IMG/VR virus record: IMGVR_UViG_2773857995_000001
Location: 44,556-64,555 of that record
DNA length: 20,000 nucleotides
Source of the DNA: an uncultured virus (IMG/VR IMGVR_UViG_2773857995_000001)
Lineage: Duplodnaviria > Heunggongvirae > Uroviricota > Caudoviricetes
Direction: 5' to 3' (one strand)
The translations under genes and the position numbers were made by a program. Within the stretch, counting starts at the first letter, position 1, and each line of letters opens with the position of its first letter. Under the pieces are notes generated by a model that worked only from the letters and a program-made list of their open reading frames with translations, searched no databases and was not told the origin of the DNA. This document shows positions 6,751-16,825 of the stretch, in pieces.

Positions 6751-9700
6751 ATGGCGGACCATACTATTAACGTCCGAATAGGCGCTACGATTACGGATCT
6801 AACGCGGGAACTTAACCAAGCGCAAAGCAGGCTCGAAGACTTCGGTTCTCGGCTGTCGAGCATGGGGCAGAATATCGCGATGGGCTTCGGAGCTATAGCG
6901 GCTGGAGTCGGTGGCGGACTGGGAATGGCGGTCAATAAGGCTATGGACTTCGAGCAGCAAATGTCTAACGTTAAGGCAGTTTCTGGCGCAACCGGTGACG
7001 AGATGAAGAAACTTACGGACTTAGCGGTAGAACTCGGGGCTAAGACGAAGTACAGCTCGTTAGAAGCCGGTCAGGGTATCGAGGAACTCATGAAGGCCGG
7101 TGTGTCTACTGCGGATATCTTAAACGGCGGATTAGCGGGCGCATTAGACTTGGCAACAGCCGGCGAGCTCGACCTTTCCGAAGCGGCTGAAATCGCATCG
7201 ACTGCGCTTAATGCGTTTAGAAACGACAATCTGTCCGTTACTGATGCGGCGAATATGCTCGCGGGTGCAGCTAACGCATCGGCGACCGACGTGCACGAAT
7301 TGAAATATGGGCTTTCGATGGTTTCGGCTGTTGCTTCAGGGGTCGGCCTGTCATTTAAAGATACATCGACGGCTCTTGCTATATTCGCGCAGAACGGCCT
7401 TAAAGGATCAGATGCCGGTACGTCTCTCAAAACAATGCTGTTGAATTTAACTCCGGCATCAGAAGCAGCTTATGGGCAGATGTTAGACCTCGGCTTAATC
7501 ACAAAAGACGGATCTAGTATTTTCTATGATGCGAAAGGAAATTTGAAATCCTTTGCAGAAATAGCGCAGATTTTACAGGATAAATTAAAAGGACTAACAA
7601 AAGAGCAACAACAAGCAGCTTTGAAAACAATGTTCGGTACAGATGCGATCCGTGCAGCGAACATCATGATGAAAGAAGGCGCAAAAGGCGCTAATGCTAT
7701 GTGGAAGTCGATGTCGAAAGTTACGGCTGCGGAAGTAGCTGCGGAGAAAATGAATAACTTAAAAGGCCAGATAGAAGAGCTTAGCGGTTCTTTTGAAACA
7801 GCACAGATTTCTATAGGAAATGCATTGCTTCCGGTGCTTTCTAAGTTAGTTAAATTTGTTCAAAAAGTCGTAGATGGGTTCAATAATCTATCTCCTGAGA
7901 TGCAGAAATTTATTACGTATGTAGGAGCAACTGTAGCTGTCTTAGCCGGTTTTACTATGGCTGGCGGTTTATTGCTCATGTTCATCGGCTCCGTAGCATC
8001 CGGACTTGGCGCCCTAAGTACCGGTCTAGGTCTACTCGCAAACAAATTTAACATGACCAAAAAAGCACTTTTGTTAGCGATGTTCCAGTTCGGCCTAATC
8101 TCCGCAGCAGCTATTGCGCTCGGAGTTGCGCTCGTGTACGCATACAAACACAGCGATGTCATACGCGAGAAAATCACGGCGTTAGGCGAAGCAATCAGCG
8201 GGAAAGTGTCGCCGATGGTCGATAAACTTACGAAGTTATTCAAAGGCCTCGCGGAAACGCTGACCGGAGACTTTACGCAAGGATCGATCGCTCTTCACAA
8301 TCTTCTGCCGCCTTCTGTTGCGAATGTTGTCGTCAAAGGAGTCGCGATCATCCGAGGTGCATTCGAGGATCTGAAGAAGACGATCACCGACGCATTTAAC
8401 GGAGATTTTTCAGGATTAGCGGAATTCATTCCGAATATCATCGGAATCATAATCGGCGGTATTCCGGGATTAATGGTCGCAGGATCGAAATACTTGCCGG
8501 CGATCGCGAAAGGTATCGAGCAGAATATGCCGAAGATTCTCGAAACAGCGACTAAAGCCGTTAACTCTTTCGTCAACATGATCGTAAAGAATCTCCCTAT
8601 TCTCCTACAAGCGGGTATTCAGATTATCCAAGGTTTGCTAGACGGATTTACTCAATCACTACCTAGTATTCTAGCGGCCGTAACGCAGCTTATCGATTCG
8701 CTTGTCCAGACGATCGTCACTTTATTACCCGCGTTGATCGGTGCCGGCATTTTGATCTTGACTTCGCTAATCGAAGGAATAGTCGAGGCGCTGCCGCAAA
8801 TCATCCAGGCGGCGACAACAATGCTGACGACGCTGATTAATACGATCGTAACGCTTATGCCGATGATTATCCAGGCCGGAATACAAATTTTAAATGCGTT
8901 AATTTCTGGGATTATCCAGGTTCTTCCACAACTGATCGAAGCGGCGTTACAGTTAATTCTCGCACTTGCAAACGCGATCCTTGAAAATTTACCAACGATC
9001 ATTAACGCAGGGATTCAAATTTTAACTAGTTTGATTGACGGCATCATTCAAATTCTTCCGCAGCTCATCGAAATGGCGATTTATCTAGTCGTTACTGTAG
9101 CGCAAGCGTTAATCGAAAATCTACCGAAAATCATTGACGCCGGGATTCAGTTATTGCTTGCTCTTATTGACGGGATTCTCCAAAACCTACCGCAATTAAT
9201 TGAGGCAGCGATAGAGCTCATCTTTGCTATTGCGCAGGCTTTGATAGAACATCTTCCTGAAATACTGGATGCCGGGATGCAGATCCTCATGGCGGTAGTT
9301 GATGGGATCATGCAAATGCTGCCGGAATTATTTTCAGTGGGTATGGAAATTGTCGGTGAAATTGCCGGCGCAATTATAGATAACAGCGGCCAAATTTTTG
9401 ATGTAGGCGCTGATATAGTCAACGGTTTATGGGAAGGTATAGATTCGATGAAAGGGTGGCTCAATACCCAAATAGGCGGATTTGTAGACAGCGTTACGGA
9501 CTCCTTTAAATCCTTCTTCGGAATTCACTCGCCGTCACGTCTATTCCGTGATGAAATCGGTAAATTCCTTCCGATGGGGCTTGCGTTAGGTATCGGGCGC
9601 AATATTGGCGTTGTCAAAGCGGCTGCAAACGAAATGGCAAATGCTGCGCTAATCAATCCGCAATCTTACGCTGTCAATCCGAGCATGGCGCTTGCCGGAG

Positions 9701-9888
9701 GAACACTCGGAACGGTTAAATACGCGGTTGAGTCCGGAAACGGAGTAGATCCGAAACAACAGCAGCCGATTGTTATCGAATCTGTATTCGTGGTTGATAG
9801 CGAAGAGCTTGGCCGTATGACAGAAAGCGCAGTCAGCGCTGAACAAGGCAAGAAAATAACGATCACAAACTATATGCGAGGTGAATGA
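6751..9888 (+). CDS. Tail tape measure protein (TP901 family)
   Basis: 1045 aa with SD AAGGAGG. Core motifs 'DFEQQMSNVKAVSGATG', 'GLKGSDAGTSLKTM', 'KTMFGTDA', hydrophobic segments, 11/22-aa periodic repeats (e.g. NLPKIIDAGIQLLLALIDGILQ), and 'FGIHSPSRLF'. Confidence 0.95.
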   Translation: MADHTINVRIGATITDLTRELNQAQSRLEDFGSRLSSMGQNIAMGFGAIAAGVGGGLGMAVNKAMDFEQQMSNVKAVSGATGDEMKKLTDLAVELGAKTKYSSLEAGQGIEELMKAGVSTADILNGGLAGALDLATAGELDLSEAAEIASTALNAFRNDNLSVTDAANMLAGAANASATDVHELKYGLSMVSAVASGVGLSFKDTSTALAIFAQNGLKGSDAGTSLKTMLLNLTPASEAAYGQMLDLGLITKDGSSIFYDAKGNLKSFAEIAQILQDKLKGLTKEQQQAALKTMFGTDAIRAANIMMKEGAKGANAMWKSMSKVTAAEVAAEKMNNLKGQIEELSGSFETAQISIGNALLPVLSKLVKFVQKVVDGFNNLSPEMQKFITYVGATVAVLAGFTMAGGLLLMFIGSVASGLGALSTGLGLLANKFNMTKKALLLAMFQFGLISAAAIALGVALVYAYKHSDVIREKITALGEAISGKVSPMVDKLTKLFKGLAETLTGDFTQGSIALHNLLPPSVANVVVKGVAIIRGAFEDLKKTITDAFNGDFSGLAEFIPNIIGIIIGGIPGLMVAGSKYLPAIAKGIEQNMPKILETATKAVNSFVNMIVKNLPILLQAGIQIIQGLLDGFTQSLPSILAAVTQLIDSLVQTIVTLLPALIGAGILILTSLIEGIVEALPQIIQAATTMLTTLINTIVTLMPMIIQAGIQILNALISGIIQVLPQLIEAALQLILALANAILENLPTIINAGIQILTSLIDGIIQILPQLIEMAIYLVVTVAQALIENLPKIIDAGIQLLLALIDGILQNLPQLIEAAIELIFAIAQALIEHLPEILDAGMQILMAVVDGIMQMLPELFSVGMEIVGEIAGAIIDNSGQIFDVGADIVNGLWEGIDSMKGWLNTQIGGFVDSVTDSFKSFFGIHSPSRLFRDEIGKFLPMGLALGIGRNIGVVKAAANEMANAALINPQSYAVNPSMALAGGTLGTVKYAVESGNGVDPKQQQPIVIESVFVVDSEELGRMTESAVSAEQGKKITITNYMRGE

Positions 9889-10703
9889 GGTTGAGTACGA
9901 CTATCACGACGTTAACCGGAGCCGTTTATGACTTAGACGAAATCGGCATCACAACCCGTGAATTTAATCCGTCTTCTCCTTCACCTCGTCATTCAACGGA
10001 GCAAGTCGACGGATTAAACGGGCTTGTTGATTGCGGAACAACATACGATGCCAGGACGATAAAGTGTTCGTTCTATTTAAAGGCCGCGGATATTCCGGAT
10101 TATTACTTAATGCGCGACGAAGTATTTAAACTGTTTGAAACGCGGCAGCCGTTCTATATTACGGAATCGTATAATCCAGGTAAACGCTGGCTCGTCAAAA
10201 CAAACGCATCATATTCGATCGATCAACAACGAATATACGGTATGTTCGATATCGAGCTTATTGCGTTCAGTCCGTTCGCAGAATCGATCGGAACCACGCT
10301 TAATCCGTTCACTTTCGATTCGGACTTATGGCAGATCGGCGAAGGGCTAATCGATGAGACTCCGGCATATAAGCACAAAACAACCTCGTTTAAAATTTTC
10401 AATGCAGGAACCGAGACGATTAACCCTCGCCAGTTTCCGTTAGTTATCGTGTATAAAGGTGCGTCTAAAAACCTGACGATCACTAACAAGACGACAGGCG
10501 ACGTTTGGAAATATACCGGATCAACAGCGTCAGGAGATACGATCATTCTTAACGGAGTACGAGCAACGAAAAACAACGTTAGCATATTCGGCGCTACTAA
10601 TCGAAAGCTACTTACGATAGCGCCCGGTTGGAACGACTTTAAATTATCGGGTACGAGCGGAAGTTTCGAAATCTCATTCGACTTTCGCTTTTACTATTTA
10701 TAG
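9885..10703 (+). CDS. Distal tail protein (Dit, Sipho_tail family)
   Basis: Follows the TMP. Motifs 'GTTYDARTI', 'IELIAFSPFAES', 'FKIFNAG...INP', 'IAPGWNDF', 'FDFRFYYL'. The start may instead be TTG 9891 (GAGGTG 7 nt upstream). Confidence 0.85.
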   Translation: MRLSTTITTLTGAVYDLDEIGITTREFNPSSPSPRHSTEQVDGLNGLVDCGTTYDARTIKCSFYLKAADIPDYYLMRDEVFKLFETRQPFYITESYNPGKRWLVKTNASYSIDQQRIYGMFDIELIAFSPFAESIGTTLNPFTFDSDLWQIGEGLIDETPAYKHKTTSFKIFNAGTETINPRQFPLVIVYKGASKNLTITNKTTGDVWKYTGSTASGDTIILNGVRATKNNVSIFGATNRKLLTIAPGWNDFKLSGTSGSFEISFDFRFYYL

Positions 10704-10714
10704 GTGGTGGTTGC

Positions 10715-12064
10715 GTGAAAGATTTATTTATACGAAGCCTTTCCGGACAGTTCGAAATGCTAACGGATTTTAGTACGACTCGTAAGAACGCGATCAACAA
10801 CCAAAAGACTATCGACGTATCTGGCGTGTTGACTGACCGAAATCAGCACGCTTTTCCTTTAGTACAGAACGAGAATTTTCTGATCTACGACGAGGAAGAA
10901 TACGTCATTATAAACTCGTCAATCAAGCCCTTCGGAAACAAATTAAAAGCGACCGCGACGGCAATTCATCGGATGTTTGTCGATCTGGATAACATGTACA
11001 TTTATGACGTAATCAAAGGAGAAAAGGCGCTTTCTATTGACGACATGCTTAAATTTGCGCTCGCGGGCTCCGGATATTCTTATCAAGTCGATACAACAGG
11101 CCTAGCGAAGTCTGTAACCGTAGAGAACTTCGGAGATTCGAGGTCCCTTGCGTTACTGAACTCTATCGCGGAGAAGTTCGGAATTGAATACGAATGCGTC
11201 AATAAAACGATCTATATTGCGAAAGAGATCGCCAGGCATACCGACAATCAGCTTAGATATGCGTTCAATATTAAAGAGCCGTCAAAAGACATCGATACAA
11301 GTTCGCTCAAGACGTACATTCGAGGATTCGGTAAAAACGTCACAGCGGAGTATAAAAGCCCGTTAGCGGAAGTCTTCGGTGTTCGGCACGCAGATCCGGT
11401 TCGCGATGACCGGTACACCGATAAAGAGAGCTTACTTTCGCGATTAAAGTCCGAACTCCACGATCGCATCGACATATCGATCACGCTCACCTACGTCGAG
11501 CTACAGTCGTTAGGAATTCAAGACATCCGAAAAGGGGATTACGTTTGGTGTATCATCGAACCGTTCGAAATAGACGTACAGATTCGCGTCGTTCAAGTCG
11601 AGGATTACTCGGACCCCTCTAAATCTCCGAAATATACACTCGGGTCTATTACGAGAAAATCGACGGACATCGTCTCCGACTTTAAACGAACGCAAAGGAC
11701 CGTTTCAAAGATCGTCGACTCTAATACCGGAAAGATTCGCGAAAGCTCAATTAAGATCGGCAGCAAAACGACTTTCGATCCGGGATACGATCCAACGAAG
11801 CTTAACATTCCTCAGTACGGACTTGCCTCGGCGAATTCGGACGGGTTGATGAGCTCGTCTGACTACGTAAAGCTCGCGAATATTCTTGTCGGACCCGACG
11901 GGAAAGTTATTGTCGATTTGGCGTCGGAGATCACTAACGGCTTGATGAGTTCTGCCGATTTTATAAAACTGAAGCGGATTATTATGCCGGCAACAGGCAA
12001 CGTCGATATGCAGTCGATATTGGATCGAATTGCTGCGCTCGAGGCGAAAGTAGGAGGACAATGA
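10715..12064 (+). CDS. Tail-associated hub protein (Tal / prophage tail endopeptidase family)
   Basis: Follows Dit. Motifs 'ENFGD...LALL', 'DTSSLKTYIRGFGK', 'EYKSPLA..FGVRHADPVRDDRYT', 'GDYVW'. Two C-terminal 'GLMS..D..KL..I' fibre-type repeats. Confidence 0.8.
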   Translation: MKDLFIRSLSGQFEMLTDFSTTRKNAINNQKTIDVSGVLTDRNQHAFPLVQNENFLIYDEEEYVIINSSIKPFGNKLKATATAIHRMFVDLDNMYIYDVIKGEKALSIDDMLKFALAGSGYSYQVDTTGLAKSVTVENFGDSRSLALLNSIAEKFGIEYECVNKTIYIAKEIARHTDNQLRYAFNIKEPSKDIDTSSLKTYIRGFGKNVTAEYKSPLAEVFGVRHADPVRDDRYTDKESLLSRLKSELHDRIDISITLTYVELQSLGIQDIRKGDYVWCIIEPFEIDVQIRVVQVEDYSDPSKSPKYTLGSITRKSTDIVSDFKRTQRTVSKIVDSNTGKIRESSIKIGSKTTFDPGYDPTKLNIPQYGLASANSDGLMSSSDYVKLANILVGPDGKVIVDLASEITNGLMSSADFIKLKRIIMPATGNVDMQSILDRIAALEAKVGGQ

Positions 12065-12079
12065 TAAAGGAGGAGACGA

Positions 12080-14644
12080 ATGGCGAAATATCCGTACAGA
12101 AAAGCCGGTAGTGCGTGGGATCGCATTTTCCGGAACAACTACAATCAGAACATGGAAGATATTGAATCGGATATAAGAAGCGCAAATTATGATTTAGATG
12201 CGCATAAAAAAGCTCGAACCGCCCACACGTCGGATCAAATCGACCACGGCGGTTTTTCTTTGCGAACTTATATAGACGGTCTGTACAATCGATTGCGCAA
12301 CTTAATTTTAAACGCAGACGGGACCAACGTTAAAGAAGTAGTCGATGCGCGGGTCGGTGCTGATGGCGAAGTATTTCCGTTGCTTAAAGAACGGTTAGAC
12401 ACGGAATACGTTAAGCTTTTGCAGAAAATCAAACGGACGGTAAACGTTGATGATTTCGGAGCAGATCCGACAGGCGTCAACGACAGTACAGAAGCGTTCC
12501 AAAAAGCGCTCGGAACCGGTAAAGTCCGGTTGGTTCTATCCGCCGGAACTTATCTCGTAAAAGGCGTCAAACTTCCGTCCTGGACGTATATGGTCGGCCA
12601 GGGAATCGGAGTTACTACGCTAAAACTTCACGAGGATACGCCGGCCAGCGAATGGGTCGTAACCAACGCGGATCATACGAACGGAAACCGAAATATCATG
12701 GTCGAAGGAATGTCGCTAGACTGGAACCCGGATCGACAAGGCGGTCTTGGACCGACCGGCGGGCTACATTCGAGCTGCCTAACCTTAGCGAATGTTAAGT
12801 TCGGGATCGTGCGCGAAGTAGAAGGCATCAATCCAGCCCTTCACTGCTTCGATGCGTCTGCGCCTACCTACAATATTTCGGACTCTGACTATACGAAAAA
12901 CGGTTGTCGGTATATCTGGTTCGATCGATGCGTCGGATCTGGATATGGTGATGACGGAGTGACTACGCACTACAGCGAGTACATTTTCATCACAAACTGC
13001 GTCATGACGAATCCGAGCGGAAAGGCGCATGCGACGGGGTCCTCAAACTCGAACGGTATCGAAGTCGATGACGGATCTAAAAACGTTTGGGTCATCGATT
13101 GTTTTACGTCCGGCAATGTTCGCGGTTACGAGGTGAAGGCGCACACTGAATGGCCGGCGCCGTCAAACGTTCATATTCGCGGTTGTGAATCCTACCGTGA
13201 CGTCCGCGCGTTTGACCTTCGGCATATCGGCCATCACTTAGCAACTGAGCCGTGGAGCGAAACGGCACGAGACGTAACACTAGTCGATTGTACGGCACGC
13301 GAGCCGATATTCAACGATCTATATGCCGGACTTGAACCGAAAGCGCTCGTCGTTTCGGCTTATCAGCGTGTCATGATTTCGAATTTCCGTGCGATTGGAG
13401 ACCCGACTTACGACTATAAAGGAACGTCAGCGATCGCATTCCAGTACAAGAGTCGGAAAATAAACGTTAACGGGTTGCAAATGTACGGTTTCGCTAAAGC
13501 CGGTTCCGATATTCACGTTACCGGAGGAGATCAACGAACGGATGACGTCTTTATTTCGAACTTTGCGATTCATGATTCGGCCCCTACCGCTATCAGTTTG
13601 GGCGGCGGCGTATATCAGGTTACATTAATGAATGGTATCGCTCACACAAGCGGCGGAACTGCCGGAATCACGTCTCCGAATAACCAGGCGAATATCATTG
13701 CGGTACGTGCCTACGGATACACAGATGCGGCCGTTATTGGAGGCGAGCGCTATTCATCCGTACCAAACAACATTAAGAGCGGATTTCGCGCAGCTTCGTC
13801 TTCTGGATCGCCTATATCAAATACAAGCGCAATTATTGCGTCTACTGGCAACGGAAAAACGAAAGGTGACGCAAACGCGCTCATCGCAACTCGTACCGGA
13901 TCAACAACGGAAGGATCGCGTTCTGTCGTAATGGGATCGAATAATTCCCACGTTAAAGGGTCCGGCTTAGTTTCGGCATTGGTCCTCGGTTCCGTAAACG
14001 TCATCAACGACAAGAGCTATACGACTGTTTGGGGATTCGGAAGCGAGCCGTCTACAGCGAATAAACGAGTCGAAATTAACGCCCAGGCGGGATCGGTTCG
14101 GGGGATTGGAGCCGTCGAAAGCGTATCCGATCTAAAGGACCTTGCGGAGTATTTCGAATCGAAAGACGGTAGTAAAATCGAGTCCGGATATCTTGTAACG
14201 CTTGATGGCGACAAAATCCGAAAAGCGCAAAAAGGCGAAAGGATACTCGGGGTTATCTCGGAGACGGCCGGCGTTATTATGGGTGGAGCAGCGTTCTATT
14301 GGAACGACCGGTACCTCCGAAATGATTTCGGCGGACTTATTTACGAAACAGTTACCGTAGATGGCGAGAAATACGTGGTTCCAAAGGAAAATCCGAACTA
14401 TGATCCAGATCTCGAATATGTTCCACGCGAAGAACGTGATGAATGGCATATCGTAGGGCTGATCGGGCAAGTTTTCGTCCGTGTAGACGAAACGGTTCGG
14501 GTCGGGGACTATATCGTTCCAAACGACGGAACCGGCACGAAATCGGAAGACGGATCGGGTCTTTTTGTGATGCGGATGCACAAGGAATATGATGCGGATA
14601 AAGGATACGGGGTCGCCCTAGTCTTTATTCATCCGCAAATGTAG
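12080..14644 (+). CDS. Tailspike / pre-neck appendage-like protein (phi29 gp12-like): beta-helix plus C-terminal peptidase G2 autocleaving chaperone
   Basis: N-terminal 'EVVDAR....LKERLD' anchor, pectate-lyase-3-like start 'VNVDDFGADPTGVNDSTEAFQKAL', beta-helix motifs 'GDDGVTTH' and 'NGIEVDDGS'. C-terminal 'DLAEYFESKDG...GVIS...ENPNYDP..EYVPREER.EW..VGLIGQV.VR'. Confidence 0.88.
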   Translation: MAKYPYRKAGSAWDRIFRNNYNQNMEDIESDIRSANYDLDAHKKARTAHTSDQIDHGGFSLRTYIDGLYNRLRNLILNADGTNVKEVVDARVGADGEVFPLLKERLDTEYVKLLQKIKRTVNVDDFGADPTGVNDSTEAFQKALGTGKVRLVLSAGTYLVKGVKLPSWTYMVGQGIGVTTLKLHEDTPASEWVVTNADHTNGNRNIMVEGMSLDWNPDRQGGLGPTGGLHSSCLTLANVKFGIVREVEGINPALHCFDASAPTYNISDSDYTKNGCRYIWFDRCVGSGYGDDGVTTHYSEYIFITNCVMTNPSGKAHATGSSNSNGIEVDDGSKNVWVIDCFTSGNVRGYEVKAHTEWPAPSNVHIRGCESYRDVRAFDLRHIGHHLATEPWSETARDVTLVDCTAREPIFNDLYAGLEPKALVVSAYQRVMISNFRAIGDPTYDYKGTSAIAFQYKSRKINVNGLQMYGFAKAGSDIHVTGGDQRTDDVFISNFAIHDSAPTAISLGGGVYQVTLMNGIAHTSGGTAGITSPNNQANIIAVRAYGYTDAAVIGGERYSSVPNNIKSGFRAASSSGSPISNTSAIIASTGNGKTKGDANALIATRTGSTTEGSRSVVMGSNNSHVKGSGLVSALVLGSVNVINDKSYTTVWGFGSEPSTANKRVEINAQAGSVRGIGAVESVSDLKDLAEYFESKDGSKIESGYLVTLDGDKIRKAQKGERILGVISETAGVIMGGAAFYWNDRYLRNDFGGLIYETVTVDGEKYVVPKENPNYDPDLEYVPREERDEWHIVGLIGQVFVRVDETVRVGDYIVPNDGTGTKSEDGSGLFVMRMHKEYDADKGYGVALVFIHPQM

Positions 14645-14656
14645 AGGAGGGGCCGG

Positions 14657-16024
14657 ATGATATATAAAGATTCAAGCGTTCAATTCGATGTGAACTCGCA
14701 GATAAAGCGGATTATATCGGTGAACATTCAATACAGCACGCAAGACATCGGAACGGCAAAAATAACGTTCAAGCTGACGAAGGACGGCGAACCGTTGCCG
14801 ATCTCAAACGCAACACACGGCAAGCTATTCATGCGGATGGCGGACGGTAGCGAGTTTTACGTTAATACGGAAGTCGGGGACGCTTTTGAGGGCGTCCTTT
14901 TTTACGTCCTGACCAGCGATCAAATTAAGCACGCTGGAACCGTAACGGCAGAGCTTTACGTTAGTTATGACAACGGACAGAGTCTAAGCGTTCATAAATT
15001 TTCGTTTGAGATCGATAAGGCGCTCGTCGATGCCAATATCGCTCCACTTGCGGAATACTATATCGAAGATTTCGAAGATCTGAAGGCGGATATCAACAAA
15101 ACTACGGATGAGATCAACCAAACGCTCAACGAAATAAAAGCGAAGTTTGACGAATTCGAGAATATCGAAACGAAGGCCGGCGCCCAAGCGAAGGCGGATG
15201 CAGCGGAAGCGAACGCGAAAGCTTATACGGACCTACACGCAGCTAAAACGGACAATCCGCATAAGGTCACGAAATCCCAGGTCGGCTTGGCTAACGTTGA
15301 TAACGTAAAGCAGGCGGCGAAGACGGATTTCGATACGCATGTCGCGGATAATGTACGGCATATTACGGCTGACGAGCGAACGAAGTGGAACGGAAGTCAG
15401 TTATTTAAAGTAACCAATGACGTCGGAGGCGTTTATACATCAATAACGGATTCTGACGATTTTTATACGAAGATTATCCAAAGCGGGAGACGGTTCGGTA
15501 CTTTTTATTCTACGGGCAAAGCAACAAACGCGGCTTCTACTAACTCTACAAGAGGCGTTTTTCATATGACGTCGACCGATAGTAATGGGAAGCCTTCGTA
15601 CGGTTACGTTATTGCGATCGACTGGCAAAATAACATGTTTACGAATTATTTAGACCCGAATTTAGGATGGCAAGGGTGGCGTCGTGTTTTAACTTCGTCT
15701 GACCTATCGCCGGCCTGGAATAACGTGACGCTCATAAACGGAGCTAAACAGGATTCGGTGTATCCGTTGAAATTTTCCGTTAGCAACAACGTTCTATGGT
15801 TGCGCGGATCTTTCGGTACATTACCGGCTATCGGAACATCTGTCGCGAAATTTACGAATAAGCCGACGCAGACAGTCGATTTTGTCGTACCGACGATCGG
15901 TTCCTATGGAACAGCCCGGTTTGCGCTTACGACTGACGGTGATTTAAGGTATGACGGTATGCTGGCGAACGATAGCGCAAGTGTGTCGCGAGTCTCATTT
16001 AACATCGGAATTCCACTATGGTAA
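14657..16024 (+). CDS. BppU-family upper baseplate / receptor-binding fibre protein
   Basis: N-terminal 'QDIGTAKITFKLTKDG.PL', 'HAGTV.AELY' (DUF2479/BppU-like), coiled coil, 'NPHKVTKSQVGLANVDN' and 'HITADERTKWN' fibre motifs, beta-rich head. Confidence 0.78.
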   Translation: MIYKDSSVQFDVNSQIKRIISVNIQYSTQDIGTAKITFKLTKDGEPLPISNATHGKLFMRMADGSEFYVNTEVGDAFEGVLFYVLTSDQIKHAGTVTAELYVSYDNGQSLSVHKFSFEIDKALVDANIAPLAEYYIEDFEDLKADINKTTDEINQTLNEIKAKFDEFENIETKAGAQAKADAAEANAKAYTDLHAAKTDNPHKVTKSQVGLANVDNVKQAAKTDFDTHVADNVRHITADERTKWNGSQLFKVTNDVGGVYTSITDSDDFYTKIIQSGRRFGTFYSTGKATNAASTNSTRGVFHMTSTDSNGKPSYGYVIAIDWQNNMFTNYLDPNLGWQGWRRVLTSSDLSPAWNNVTLINGAKQDSVYPLKFSVSNNVLWLRGSFGTLPAIGTSVAKFTNKPTQTVDFVVPTIGSYGTARFALTTDGDLRYDGMLANDSASVSRVSFNIGIPLW

Positions 16025-16038
16025 CGGAGGCGATGAAT

Positions 16039-16323
16039 ATGCACGTTCTTTTCTACGATGAGAATTTCAAATATGACGGCGAGGCCGATATCGAAATAAA
16101 TACTGAGGAAGGCGAGGAGCTGCCGCCAAATTGTACAACAGCTTTAATTCCTGCGGGACTTTACGATCCAAAGTATGATCCGAAAAAAGGCGTTTGGGTT
16201 GAGTCGGCGACACAAGACTATATCGACAGTGTGAAGCCGCCTGCACCGAAACCAAGCGAAATCGAAGTCCTGTCTCAGCAGGTCGCGGATCTATACTATC
16301 TAATTGCGATGGGAGGAGCGTAA
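16039..16323 (+). CDS. Small tail-fibre associated/assembly protein (YomQ/XkdW-like position)
   Basis: ATG at 16039 is 8 nt after GGAGG. Sequence 'YDENF.Y.GE...LPPNCT...P.GLYDPKYD....WVE' with a C-terminal short coiled coil. Confidence 0.6.
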   Translation: MHVLFYDENFKYDGEADIEINTEEGEELPPNCTTALIPAGLYDPKYDPKKGVWVESATQDYIDSVKPPAPKPSEIEVLSQQVADLYYLIAMGGA

Positions 16324-16324
16324 T

Positions 16325-16546
16325 ATGATAGATTGGTTCACGTATATCAAAGGGTTTTATGAAAAGGGTCGATGGACGAAAAAACAAGTTTATGATGTCG
16401 TTGCCGTCGGCCGCATCACGCCGGAACAATACGAAGAAATTACCGGGGAACCGTACGATCCCAATACGCCTCCCAGCGAAGACCCTTCTGGGGAAACTAG
16501 CGAATCTACTGGGACTAACGAAGAAGTGAGCGGACAGGAGGCGTAG
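16325..16546 (+). CDS. XkdX-family protein
   Basis: 'WF..IK.FY..G.WTK.QV...V..GRITPEQYEEITGEPY' is the XkdX/YomP signature. SD GGAGG; acidic C-terminal extension. Confidence 0.85.
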   Translation: MIDWFTYIKGFYEKGRWTKKQVYDVVAVGRITPEQYEEITGEPYDPNTPPSEDPSGETSESTGTNEEVSGQEA

Positions 16547-16549
16547 TCA

Positions 16550-16756
16550 TTGGGCGGAGAATTAGACGTAATCAAATATTTCCTAACACAAGGGCCGTTC
16601 GCGGTCCTTTTTACGTGGCTGCTGATTTACGTCATGAAATCGAACCGTGAACGTGAGTCGCGGCTACAAGATCTACTCGATAAATTCAGCGATAAATACG
16701 ACGTCATTATCGACAAGCTCGATAGGCTCGAGGAAAAGTTTCGCGGAAGAGATTAA
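16550..16756 (+). CDS. BhlA/UviB-family holin-like protein
   Basis: 'FLTQGPFAVLFTWLLIYVMK.N.ERE.RLQ' signature, one TM segment plus coiled coil. TTG start with GGAGG. Confidence 0.85.
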   Translation: MGGELDVIKYFLTQGPFAVLFTWLLIYVMKSNRERESRLQDLLDKFSDKYDVIIDKLDRLEEKFRGRD

Positions 16757-16759
16757 CGC

Positions 16760-16791
16760 AGCCCGTTCGGTGAGAGTCCGGCGGGCTTTTT
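16760..16791 (+). terminator. Terminator-like hairpin between bhlA-like gene and endolysin
   Basis: AGCCCG-TTCGG-TGAGAGT-CCGG-CGGGCT followed by TTTT. Confidence 0.65.
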
Positions 16792-16825
16792 ATATACGGA
16801 AAAATAACGAAAGGGAGACGATTGC

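Noticed and set aside
8500..9420. TMP repeats as a DNA repeat array or CRISPR
   Set aside because: Periodicity is at the protein level (11/22 aa) with degenerate DNA and no spacer-repeat structure; normal for tape measure proteins.
14657..16546. Diversity-generating retroelement or invertible tail-fibre switch
   Set aside because: I saw no template/variable repeat pair, reverse transcriptase, invertase or inverted gene copy in the window.
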